Shown here in pieces: positions 54,311 to 62,791 of a stretch of 64,000 nt of DNA. A program made the translations under genes and the position numbers. This DNA is from an uncultured Acidimicrobiia bacterium. GTDB lineage: Bacteria; Actinomycetota; Acidimicrobiia; Spongiisociales; UBA5794. Where the stretch lies: NCBI GenBank assembly GCA_963753185.1, contig CAVWBO010000007.1:1360312-1424311 (forward strand). Reading direction: 5' to 3'. Below the pieces are notes generated by a model. It saw nothing but the letters and a program-made list of their open reading frames with translations. It did not search any database and was not told the DNA's origin. Position 1 is the stretch's first letter; each line of letters opens with the position of its first letter.

Positions 54311-54351
54311 GACAGAACCCGCCCACCTACACCGGTGCGGCGGGTTCTGTC
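54311..54351. terminator. hairpin between convergent ssrA and SIP genes
   Basis: 13-bp perfect stem GACAGAACCCGCC/GGCGGGTTCTGTC. Confidence 0.65.
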
Positions 54352-54377
54352 ACGTCGAGACGGGTTTGGTGACCCGT

Positions 54378-55118
54378 TCAGGAGGTGGTTCCTGGTCGCG
54401 TGCGACGAGGGTCCGTTGGTTTGAGCCGCCAATGGGCGTTGAGGCTCAACCGCTCGCGAGACACACCACGGTCGACCACCACGTCGCGCATCGCCCTGAT
54501 CGCCTCGCGTTCTCCTGCGATCCACCAGTGTGCGTCCTCGCTCACGGACAGGTCCTCGAGCAGGCCGAGCGTGGCTTTGCCAGCCTGGTTCGGGTCGTCG
54601 CCACGGTGGACCCAGATCGGGTGCACGATCCGCTGGTCCGAGACGGGTCGTTCGTCGAGTCCATCGATGACCTCGATCACCGCGGTGATGTGCACGCTGT
54701 CGTGCGACGCCTCGACGATCGCACCGATCGCCGGTATGGCGGTGTCGTCCCCGACCAGCACCAGGTGTGAGCCCGGAGGTGGCACCGAGTACCCGCCACT
54801 CGTCTCACCGGCCCATATCCGGTCGCCGGGTGTCGCGGAAGCTGCCCACATTGCCGCTGGTCCTGACCCGTGGAGGACGAAGTCGACCGTGATCGTTCCG
54901 CCTTCCACATCGAGCCACCGTGCCGTGAATGTTCGCTTGTCGCTTCGACCGGCTCGATTGCCGCCGCGTTCGGTTGGTTCCGAGAACCACAGGGAGAGGT
55001 ACGCGGCGGGAAGCGTGCTCGACGCAGTGAGGTCGCCGCGAAACCGGACGCGCCGTGCCCTCGGGGCCAGATCTCGGCACGACGTCACGTCCAGGGGCAG
55101 GGGTGTGGATCTCGCCAC
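54378..55118 (-). CDS. siderophore-interacting protein (FAD-binding ferric reductase)
   Basis: RTFTAR, VDFVLHGSGPA..WA, LVGDDTAIPAI, WIAGE. Confidence 0.9.
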   Translation of the reverse strand: MARSTPLPLDVTSCRDLAPRARRVRFRGDLTASSTLPAAYLSLWFSEPTERGGNRAGRSDKRTFTARWLDVEGGTITVDFVLHGSGPAAMWAASATPGDRIWAGETSGGYSVPPPGSHLVLVGDDTAIPAIGAIVEASHDSVHITAVIEVIDGLDERPVSDQRIVHPIWVHRGDDPNQAGKATLGLLEDLSVSEDAHWWIAGEREAIRAMRDVVVDRGVSRERLSLNAHWRLKPTDPRRTRPGTTS

Positions 55119-55184
55119 GCCTCCATTGTGCCACCTGTTGTATGTCGTGACAGCGGGGACGCGCCGGCACCGCCCTCGTGGCGT

Positions 55185-55607
55185 TCATTGCGCCTCGAGG
55201 TAGGCGAGTGCGGCTTCCACGAGATGCACGGTGGGCGTGTCCGGCAGGTCCTCGAGGGGTACCCATGCCGCTGCGTCGACGGATCCGCCCACCTCCGTTA
55301 CGCGTGGCATGCCGTTCACCTCGGCGCGATAGAGGATCCTGATCGCATGGACGCCGTCGTGATCGCCGCCCGGAGCATGGACCTTCGAGTCGATACCCAG
55401 GAATGAGACTTCTCCGAGGTCGAAGCCAGCTTCCTCGAAGACCTCCCGCCTCAGCGTCTGTTCCGGGTGCTCACCCCATTCCATTCCGCCGCCGGGGAGC
55501 GTCCACGATCCTGCTCCCGGAAATCCTGGTGCGATCCTCGACAGCAGGATGGCACCTCGGTCGACGGCGACGAGGTACGAAGCTATGCGGATCCTGCCTG
55601 TTGGCAT
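55185..55607 (-). CDS. NUDIX hydrolase
   Basis: Nudix box GGGMEWGEHPEQTLRREVFEEAG. Confidence 0.92.
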   Translation of the reverse strand: MPTGRIRIASYLVAVDRGAILLSRIAPGFPGAGSWTLPGGGMEWGEHPEQTLRREVFEEAGFDLGEVSFLGIDSKVHAPGGDHDGVHAIRILYRAEVNGMPRVTEVGGSVDAAAWVPLEDLPDTPTVHLVEAALAYLEAQ

Positions 55608-55679
55608 GGGCCGAATGTACCCCCAACGCGAGGTGGGCGCCGAACTTGGCGCCCATCTCGCTTCCCCACGCCCGCTGGA

Positions 55680-56909
55680 TCAGCCGGGAATCTGTATGCC
55701 GTCGATCACCAGGGGCTCGCCGAGGGCGATGTAGTGCCGAAGGAGTGCAAGACGGAAGTCCCTGAGCGAGTCGTTGAGATCGGCCCAACGAGCGTCGAGT
55801 CCCTTGCCCGATTCAGCGACTGCGGACACCCGATCGACCTGCTCCAGCACGGTCCGCTTGGCGTCGACGAGGGCGTCGAATGTCTCGGGTGACCTCTCCC
55901 GTGTAGGTGCAGCCGCCTCGACTGTGGTCGTGACATACACGACCACCCGGTCGAGGTACTCCTTGAGCGTGTCCTCGGGGCCTGACACCGAGCCGTCCCG
56001 CACCGCCATGGCCGCCTCCTTCGCTGACTCGTAGATGTCCATGACCTGGGACCTGATCGAGTCCAGTTCCTTCACGGATGAAGCCTTGTTCGCTGCGTCG
56101 CGAAGGGTCTCGATGTCATTGGCGGCGGCGGTGTATATGTCGACGACCGCGGGGATCTTCTCCGCTTCGGCCGCTGAGGTGAGCGTCGCAGACTTGGCCG
56201 TGATCAGATCGAGGGTCGAGCGCCTCGCCTTGGCGAGTGCCTCGGCTGCCTTCTCGGCCTCGGTCTTTGCCTCTTCCTGATTCGTCTCATCGACCTTGGC
56301 GCCCTCCGCGGCGTCCATCGTCCTCTTGTAGATCGCGTGGGCCTCGTCCTTGAGTGCGTAGGCGGCTTCGGGTGTCTGTGCCGCGTCGACCTTCGGCAGC
56401 AGGGCCCTGAGCTCGCCGATCCCAGCCTCGACGATTGCGATTGCCGCTGGATCGTCGCAACCCTCGATCCACTTCGTGAGCGCACCGATCTTGCCCTCGA
56501 TGGTGCCGGCCGCCTTGTTCTTGGCTCTTGCCAACTCTTCGGCCGGCGTCAGCGCGACCTTCTCGGCGGCGGCGACCGTCGCGTGGTAGATGTCGTGGGC
56601 ACGCTGGTCGAGGGCCCAGAGGGCATCCACACTCGTTGCCGCTGCCACCTCGGTGTCGCGAACCGAGGCGAGCTCGGCGATGCCTGCCGCGTAGACGGCC
56701 TTTCGGTCTGCGTTGTCCGTCTGTGATTCGAGGTCGCTGAGGAGGTTGATCTTGTAGGTGAACGTGGAGGTGACCCCTGCGCGGACGGACTCGATGTCAT
56801 CTCCGCCCGACGTCGCACGTGCAGGGAAGACGGTGACCGTCGCCAGCATCAGAAGCGCCGTGATCAGGACCACGAGGATCCTCGATCGGCTCGTCGTATC
56901 TCCACCCAT
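55680..56909 (-). CDS. secreted alpha-helical repeat protein of unknown function
   Basis: Signal peptide ending ARA. Three approximately 80-aa Ala-rich repeats ending in (H/M)xIY. Confidence 0.8.
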   Translation of the reverse strand: MGGDTTSRSRILVVLITALLMLATVTVFPARATSGGDDIESVRAGVTSTFTYKINLLSDLESQTDNADRKAVYAAGIAELASVRDTEVAAATSVDALWALDQRAHDIYHATVAAAEKVALTPAEELARAKNKAAGTIEGKIGALTKWIEGCDDPAAIAIVEAGIGELRALLPKVDAAQTPEAAYALKDEAHAIYKRTMDAAEGAKVDETNQEEAKTEAEKAAEALAKARRSTLDLITAKSATLTSAAEAEKIPAVVDIYTAAANDIETLRDAANKASSVKELDSIRSQVMDIYESAKEAAMAVRDGSVSGPEDTLKEYLDRVVVYVTTTVEAAAPTRERSPETFDALVDAKRTVLEQVDRVSAVAESGKGLDARWADLNDSLRDFRLALLRHYIALGEPLVIDGIQIPG

Positions 56910-57012
56910 GTTCGTCCCCGCTCTCGTTCAGGCGCCAGGTGTTTCCCATCGCGGCGGCATGGCCGCGACCAGCTCGGGAAGGAGCCTGATGCTTTCGATC
57001 TTCCGTGCAACC

Positions 57013-57038
57013 ATCGGCATCCGCGTCGAATCACTGGA
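57013..57038 (-). promoter_or_regulatory. candidate sigma28/WhiG-family promoter (TCCA-N16-GCCGAT)
   Basis: Minus strand, upstream of the secreted repeat protein. Same spacing as at 41201 and 9343. Confidence 0.4.
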
Positions 57039-57113
57039 TGGGCCGAGCGTCCCATTGCCAAGCACGTGATCCCCCGAATCACTCCGGGCGCCCCCAAGAT
57101 CTAGGCTTGCTGC

Positions 57114-57629
57114 GTGATCGCCGGAGACCTCGAGATTCGAAGGATCGCCTCCTCGGACTGGCGGATGCTGAAGGCGATTCGCCTCGAAGCGTTGGCGGAT
57201 TCCCCGACGGCTTTCATCACGACCTTCGACGAGGCGAACGGGTATCCGGACGCCGTGTGGCTGGAGAGATCATCCGAACCGCCAGACGGTGGCCAGGCGA
57301 CGTTCCTTGCGGTGCGCAGGGACCGCTGTCGTGGAATGGCCATCGGGCTCGACAGGTCGTCGGCCGGGCGTGCGGTCGTTGCGATCGTGTCGGTGTACGT
57401 TGCGCCAGGGGTGCGTCGCAGCGGTGTCGGGAATGCGCTGATGGATGCCGTGGAGGCATGGGCGCGGGTGCGTGGTGCAGCGGCGACTTCACTGTGGGTG
57501 GTTGACGGCAACGATGGCGCGAGGGGCTTCTATGAGGCGCGCGGGTACAGGGAGACCCTCGATCGGCAGAAGATCTCCGTTCCGCCGGTGCGGTGGGAGA
57601 CGAGGCTCGAACTCCGGCTCAACGATTGA
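57114..57629 (+). CDS. GNAT N-acetyltransferase
   Basis: RLEALADSPTAF, VYVAPGVRRSGVG, N..ARGFYEARGY. Confidence 0.92.
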   Translation: MIAGDLEIRRIASSDWRMLKAIRLEALADSPTAFITTFDEANGYPDAVWLERSSEPPDGGQATFLAVRRDRCRGMAIGLDRSSAGRAVVAIVSVYVAPGVRRSGVGNALMDAVEAWARVRGAAATSLWVVDGNDGARGFYEARGYRETLDRQKISVPPVRWETRLELRLND

Positions 57630-58407
57630 TCAGCTGGATCTGACGGCTCATCGCGACGAGGCTCCCGTCCTCGTCCCAGAGCGTGCCGCTCGATTCGAAG
57701 AACGTTCCCCCGATGAGGTCCGTGCGGAACGACACGGCGAGCCGTTGCGTTGCCGGTCGTCGACGCACGTGCAGGGTCAGCTCGATCGTGGGCGTCCACG
57801 GGGCGAATGAGCCGACCGAGAAGACGGGTGGGGGCAGTGCGTCCGCGAACATCGGAAGTGACAATGTGTCGATCGGGCGTCCGTCGGCGAACGAGACCCA
57901 TCCCTCCATGACAGCGTCGTCCAGGGTCCTGCCCTGTGTCCACGCGGTCGAAGCCGGCGTGAGGCGGAGGTCGAGGTTGCGAACCATCGTCGGCACGAGC
58001 GGGTTGGCGCGGGGATCAGCGGCGAGGCAGTCCTGCGGTGGCGGCAGCTGGGGCATGGATACCGATCGATATCCGATGTCACCGGCGTTCGTGAGGTCTC
58101 CGAACGTCGTGAGTGTCGCAACCGCGACCGATCCGTCCTGGACGACGTCGGACCGGACGGTGCTCAGCGAACGTCCCGCCTTGACGAGTTGGCGGTCGAG
58201 CGATGCGGTGCCGACCTTGCCGGGACGCACGAAGTGGGCGCTCATCGTGATCGGGTCCGGATGGCTCGCCAACTCCCGTGCGCCCGCCAGGGCAACCGAC
58301 ATCAGGTACCCGCCGTGTGCAAAGCCAGGTCCCATCGTCCACCGCTCGGGGAAGGCGACGGATCCCGAGGCCTGATCGACCGCGATCGCCTCGTCGAATT
58401 CGTACAT
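57619..58407 (-). CDS. acyl-CoA thioesterase (double hotdog)
   Basis: HGGYL, SAHFVRP, GRSLS, ADALPP, PTIELT, LWDEDG.LVAMSRQ. Confidence 0.88.
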   Translation of the reverse strand: MYEFDEAIAVDQASGSVAFPERWTMGPGFAHGGYLMSVALAGARELASHPDPITMSAHFVRPGKVGTASLDRQLVKAGRSLSTVRSDVVQDGSVAVATLTTFGDLTNAGDIGYRSVSMPQLPPPQDCLAADPRANPLVPTMVRNLDLRLTPASTAWTQGRTLDDAVMEGWVSFADGRPIDTLSLPMFADALPPPVFSVGSFAPWTPTIELTLHVRRRPATQRLAVSFRTDLIGGTFFESSGTLWDEDGSLVAMSRQIQLINR

Positions 58408-58904
58408 CACGGCTCCAGGGCTGACGCGAGCCCATCGACGACGGCGGCGGAAGGCATCCGAGTGAAGACCTCAGGATCGACTTTGATCTTCATGTCGCGT
58501 GATCCTCCTCCGACGATCACCCATGGTTGCTCGAGGACTGCCGCGTCGACGAACAGGGGCATGTCTGGGGGAAGGCCGAACGGGGTGACTCCGCCGATCT
58601 CCATACCTGTCACCTCTGCGGTCAGTTCCTGCGGTGCGAACGACACCTTCCTGACATCCATGAGCTGGCGGCCCATTCGATTGACGTCGAGGCGCGTGGT
58701 GGCGAGAACAAGGAACATGGCATGGACGCCCTCGGGACGGCGCGACGCGAGCATGATCGCGTTCGCCGATTGCTCGGGCGGGATCCCGTAGTGAGCGCAG
58801 AACGCAGCAGTGTCTGCAAGGGCGGGATCGCACTCCATCGTCTCGTACGATGCGTCCACCGCGTCGAGGGCCGCGATCACCTTCATCCGAAGGACTTCGC
58901 TCAC
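58407..58904 (-). CDS. YbaK/EbsC aminoacyl-tRNA editing domain protein
   Basis: [29 protein letters not shown]. Confidence 0.88.
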   Translation of the reverse strand: MSEVLRMKVIAALDAVDASYETMECDPALADTAAFCAHYGIPPEQSANAIMLASRRPEGVHAMFLVLATTRLDVNRMGRQLMDVRKVSFAPQELTAEVTGMEIGGVTPFGLPPDMPLFVDAAVLEQPWVIVGGGSRDMKIKVDPEVFTRMPSAAVVDGLASALEP

Positions 58905-60022
58905 TCGGTGTCGCCCATGCAGACGCCAAGGGACCGCGCAGCCCCGATCCACGGATGATCGATGGGGATCGTCTTGCGCCTGCCCGCGACCTCCTCGAGG
59001 GGGATCGTGCGTGCCCCCTCACCGTCGCTCGCCACCATCACCCCGAACTCTCCCGCCGCGATCCGATCCGTGCAGGCGGTGCCGAGGGTGGTCGCCAGGA
59101 TCCGGTCGACAGGTGAGGGTGATCCGCCACGCTGGACGTGACCGAGTATGGTCACACGCGCATCGAGCCCGGTTCGGGCCTCGAGTTCGGCGGCGATGTC
59201 GATCGTCCGTCGCCGTTCCGCTTCGAGTCGTAGCACCTCCTCCTTCAGAGCGGTCGCCTCCGACTCGCCGGCTTCCTTCGCACGAGCGCGCAGGTCCGCG
59301 ATCTTCTGCATGCGCTCGGCGCTCATCGCTCCCTCTGCCACGGCGACGATGGAGAACCGACTTCCTGCGGTCCGCCTGTTGAGGATGGACTGCGCGATGT
59401 CGTCGAGCGAGTAGCCGATCTCGGGGATCAGGATCACATCGGCGCCGCCGCCGAGACCCGCCCCGACCGTGAGCCACCCGGCGTTGTGTCCCATGATCTC
59501 GACGACGATGATTCGGTGGTGGCTGTGAGCCGTGCTGTGGAGCCTGTCGACGGCCTCGGTCGCGATGTTGAGAGCCGTATCGAACCCGAACGAGCGGTCC
59601 GTTCCCCACACGTCGTTGTCGATGGTCTTGGGGAGGGCGATGACCGGCATGCCGTGTTCGGCCAACTTGAGTGCGTTCTTCATGGTTCCGCCTCCGCCGA
59701 GGCACACCAGCGCTTCCAGGTTGTGCTCGGTGAAGGTTGCGAGCATCGCGTCGCGCATGTCGAGGATCGTGCCTCCGACATCCATCTTGTGCACCTTGTC
59801 GCGACCCGTGCCAAGCACGGTCCCGCCCTGGGTGAGGATGCCGGACAAGGTCTCGGAGTCCAGCCGGATCGTCCGGTCCTGCATCAGACCACGGAATCCG
59901 TCCCGGAATCCGATGACGTTCCAGCCGTGTTGGCGGATGGCGGACTTGCCGAGCGCCCTGATCGCCGCGTTGAGACCGGGCGCATCGCCCCCCGCCGTCA
60001 GTACTCCGATGCCCTTCGCCAC
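58901..60022 (-). CDS. pfkA: 6-phosphofructokinase (PfkA family)
   Basis: [42 protein letters not shown]. Confidence 0.94.
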   Translation of the reverse strand: MAKGIGVLTAGGDAPGLNAAIRALGKSAIRQHGWNVIGFRDGFRGLMQDRTIRLDSETLSGILTQGGTVLGTGRDKVHKMDVGGTILDMRDAMLATFTEHNLEALVCLGGGGTMKNALKLAEHGMPVIALPKTIDNDVWGTDRSFGFDTALNIATEAVDRLHSTAHSHHRIIVVEIMGHNAGWLTVGAGLGGGADVILIPEIGYSLDDIAQSILNRRTAGSRFSIVAVAEGAMSAERMQKIADLRARAKEAGESEATALKEEVLRLEAERRRTIDIAAELEARTGLDARVTILGHVQRGGSPSPVDRILATTLGTACTDRIAAGEFGVMVASDGEGARTIPLEEVAGRRKTIPIDHPWIGAARSLGVCMGDTE

Positions 60023-60098
60023 GCAACCTCCCTATCGAACCGCACGATACCCCGTCCCGGTTCCCAGGACGGAGTGGTCATCGGTGTGCGAAAAATGC

Positions 60099-60127
60099 GT
60101 GACAGATCGGGTCGACCGTGGCATGAT
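60099..60127 (+). promoter_or_regulatory. housekeeping sigma promoter for the structured RNA
   Basis: A-tract 60091-95, -35 GTGACA (60099-104), 17-nt spacer, extended -10 TG-G-CATGAT (60119-127). Confidence 0.6.
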
Positions 60128-60132
60128 CGCGG

Positions 60133-60340
60133 TCCGGTGAAAGGAGGTGGTCCAGACAATGTCTGAAAGTTCTTCAAGGACCCCGGAGGTGGTCGAGCGC
60201 TAGCGCGACGATCATTCCATGAGGCCGCGCTCCTCTCATGAGGCAGGTGGCGACTTCAACTCGGACCACCGGAACCCGGAGCTCCGCACGACCAAGGTCC
60301 CGTGCGGCGGTGCATGCGCCGAAAGCGCTCCGGGTTCTCA
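60133..60340 (+). ncRNA. unclassified structured RNA with extended anti-16S-3'-end sequence and 14-codon ORF
   Basis: See findings. Multiple nested stems in the 340-nt pfkA/MDMPI intergenic region. Confidence 0.6.
60159..60203 (+). CDS. candidate 14-aa micro-ORF MSESSSRTPEVVER
   Basis: ATG 11 nt after AAGGAGG (60141-60147). Stop codon lies inside a hairpin. Confidence 0.5.
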   Translation: MSESSSRTPEVVER

Positions 60341-60362
60341 CGCGCTGGTAGTGTCGCCATCC

Positions 60363-61133
60363 ATGGACACCCATGCCTACCTGACCTCCGTCGAGCGTGA
60401 TGCTGCATCCATGATGGCGATCGCCGCCGACCTCCCGCTCGATACACCCGTTCCGACATGCCCGGGTTGGACACTGAGGGACCTCATGGAGCACACGGGC
60501 ATCGTCCATCGACACAAGACCGAGACGGTACGCGGTGGTTGGCTCGACGAGTCTCCACCCGAGCCTCCCGGTCCCGATGGTGACCTCCTCGAGTGGTTCG
60601 GCAGCGGCGTCGAAGAGATGCTCGACGTGTTCCGTACGTCCGATCTGTCGCAGCCTACGTGGACGTGGTGTGCGCATGAACACAGAGCGGATTGGTGGGT
60701 TCGGCGAATGGCCCACGAGACCGTCATCCACGGCGCCGACTCGCTCATCGCCGCTGGTGGGACGGGGCGAGTCGATCAGGAGCTCGCGATCGACGGCGTT
60801 GACGAGATCCTCGACGAGATGATGATCGGCGGGCCCGATTGGGGAACACTCACCGCCGGGGAGGGCGTGATCGCCCTCGAGGCGGGAGGCCGCCGGTGGG
60901 TCGTCCGTCGGGCCTCGTTCTCGGGAACCTCGCCGATCAGCGGGAACACGTACGAGGACCTTCCGGCGCTCGTGTACGCAGAGGGCAGCGAACCCGATGC
61001 GGTGATCGCAACAGACCCCGAGACCCTCGATCTCTGGCTCTGGGGCCGCGGCAATCTTCCGAGCGGCTCCGTCGGCGGCGACAAGTCACTCGTCGACTAC
61101 GTTCGTCTCGTCGCTGCAGAAGCGACCTCGTGA
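60363..61133 (+). CDS. mycothiol-dependent maleylpyruvate isomerase family (MDMPI/DinB superfamily) protein
   Basis: VPTCPGWTLRDLMEH, RRMAHETVIH..D, AIDGVDE, LWLWGR. Confidence 0.9.
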   Translation: MDTHAYLTSVERDAASMMAIAADLPLDTPVPTCPGWTLRDLMEHTGIVHRHKTETVRGGWLDESPPEPPGPDGDLLEWFGSGVEEMLDVFRTSDLSQPTWTWCAHEHRADWWVRRMAHETVIHGADSLIAAGGTGRVDQELAIDGVDEILDEMMIGGPDWGTLTAGEGVIALEAGGRRWVVRRASFSGTSPISGNTYEDLPALVYAEGSEPDAVIATDPETLDLWLWGRGNLPSGSVGGDKSLVDYVRLVAAEATS

Positions 61134-61738
61134 CCGATCAGGTCACGGTCACAACCTATCCGTATCGGTCGGACGCTGTCATCGCCGCCGCGAGGCTCTC
61201 CTCCGATGGCATTACCTCGAACATCGTGGTGGACGACGAGGGAGGCCTCAATCCCGGGTTCTACCGGGACTATGGGGTTCGCCTGGTGGTCGCGGCACAC
61301 GATGCGGAGGACGCGTTCGTCAGCCTCGGAATCGAGCGATTGGTGTTGCCGGAGCTCCTTGCGCGAGCCATGACGGCGCATGCAGCGTTCGCCTATCCGG
61401 AGGAGGCCTGTGGTCTCGTGCTGTTCGAGAACGGGCTTCCCGTCTTCGTCTGCTGTCTCGACAATGCCGATCGATCCGAGCTGCGGTTCACGATCGCGCC
61501 GTCCGACCACCACGGTGTGATCAGGTTTGCCGAGAGGAACGGCTGGGAGGTGGGCGGGGTCTTCCACAGCCACCCCCGTTCGCCTGCCCACCCGTCGGGC
61601 GCCGACATCGCGGGCGGTGGTGATCCCGCGTGGGTCCACTTCATCGCAGGACCGGTCGCCGGCAGGTCCGGTGAGCTCCGCGCCTTTCGGATCGTCGATG
61701 GAACGGTCGACGAGGTCTCCCTCGTCGTCGGCGCATAG
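61130..61738 (+). CDS. JAMM/MPN+ (M67, Mec-like) metalloprotease with N-terminal DUF2007-like domain
   Basis: YPEEACG, FHSHP.....PSGAD. N-terminal AVIAAARLSSDGI...GVRLVV...DAEDA. GTGA overlap. Confidence 0.85.
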   Translation: MTDQVTVTTYPYRSDAVIAAARLSSDGITSNIVVDDEGGLNPGFYRDYGVRLVVAAHDAEDAFVSLGIERLVLPELLARAMTAHAAFAYPEEACGLVLFENGLPVFVCCLDNADRSELRFTIAPSDHHGVIRFAERNGWEVGGVFHSHPRSPAHPSGADIAGGGDPAWVHFIAGPVAGRSGELRAFRIVDGTVDEVSLVVGA

Positions 61739-61749
61739 ACTCGCCTGCG

Positions 61750-62031
61750 ATGGCGCGATCTGAGCACAACCGTGAGGCGTATCGCGCCTTGTTCGGATAC
61801 GTTGGAGCGGGACTCCAGGCCTTTGCCATCCTGATGATCGTGGCGTCGTTCCCGATCGCCCCGACGGTTGTCGTGGTCGTGCTGTTGATACTCACCGTCA
61901 TCGGATCCGCGTGGTCGTGGCGAAAGTACCGCACGAACTTCATGATGCCCACCCTCGTCGGGACCGCGGCCGCCGTGGGATGGATGTTGGTCGTCGGGCT
62001 CGGGGCGATGTTGGGGTGGTGGGGGCCATGA
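61750..62031 (+). CDS. small integral membrane protein (3 TM)
   Basis: Three hydrophobic segments. ATGA coupling to the next gene. Confidence 0.75.
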   Translation: MARSEHNREAYRALFGYVGAGLQAFAILMIVASFPIAPTVVVVVLLILTVIGSAWSWRKYRTNFMMPTLVGTAAAVGWMLVVGLGAMLGWWGP

Positions 62032-62789
62032 GGGTGACCGTGCTCGGCTCCAACGCGGGAGGACCGTCTCGCACGAACCCGGCGTCGGGCTATCTCGTGG
62101 AAGCCGACGGCCACCGGATGTGGCTGGACGCGGGACCCGGGACCTTCATGCCCTTGGCATCGATCATGGATCCTCGCGACCTGGAGTGCGTGGTGCTGTC
62201 CCACACCCACGTCGACCACTGTGCCGACCTGTTCGCCCTCTTCGCATACCTCGCATACGGGGCCCCTCCGCGCGACCCCGTTCCCGTTCTCGCTCCTCCC
62301 GGAACCCGCGAGAAATACGGTTCCTTCATCGGCGCGGGGGAGGGCCATCCGTTCCACGCCGTGTTCACGTTCGTTGAGCAGGAGCCCGGTTCGGAGGGTT
62401 CGTGCGGTCCGTTCGCCATGCGGTTCGGCGCGGCGGTTCACCCGGTCCCTGCCGTGGTGGCGCGAATCGAGGCCCGAGGTGCGGTGCTCGCGTACTCAGG
62501 GGATACGGGGCCCGGAGGCGATCTGGTCGAGCTCGCGACGGGAGCGGCGACGCTGCTGTGCGAGGCTGGCATCCAGGGTCTCCGTGACGCCCAGACCTAC
62601 CCGTACCATCTCACGGCATTCGAAGCTGGCGAGGCAGCGGCGATCGCGGGCGTGTTCGATCTCGTGCTCACACATGTGCCTGCGAGGCTCGACCCACAAA
62701 TCAGTGTCGATGAGGCCTCCGGTGCCTTCGTCGGACCCATCACCCATGCAGCACCGGGGACGTCGTTCACGGTTCGGACAACGGAGTAG
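62028..62789 (+). CDS. MBL-fold metallo-hydrolase (RNase Z / cyclic-nucleotide phosphodiesterase-like)
   Basis: ASGYLV, LDAGPG, SHTHVDH, HPVP, YSGDTG, LTHV. Conserved position before rph. Confidence 0.9.
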   Translation: MRVTVLGSNAGGPSRTNPASGYLVEADGHRMWLDAGPGTFMPLASIMDPRDLECVVLSHTHVDHCADLFALFAYLAYGAPPRDPVPVLAPPGTREKYGSFIGAGEGHPFHAVFTFVEQEPGSEGSCGPFAMRFGAAVHPVPAVVARIEARGAVLAYSGDTGPGGDLVELATGAATLLCEAGIQGLRDAQTYPYHLTAFEAGEAAAIAGVFDLVLTHVPARLDPQISVDEASGAFVGPITHAAPGTSFTVRTTE

Positions 62790-62791
62790 CA

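Noticed and set aside
54250-57600. Genomic island integrated at the tmRNA 3' end
   Set aside because: No integrase, no duplicated tmRNA 3' end and no obvious compositional shift.
60139-60155. Remnant of a 16S rRNA gene on the minus strand
   Set aside because: Similarity stops after 17 nt. The flanks do not resemble 16S helix 44/45 or an ITS.
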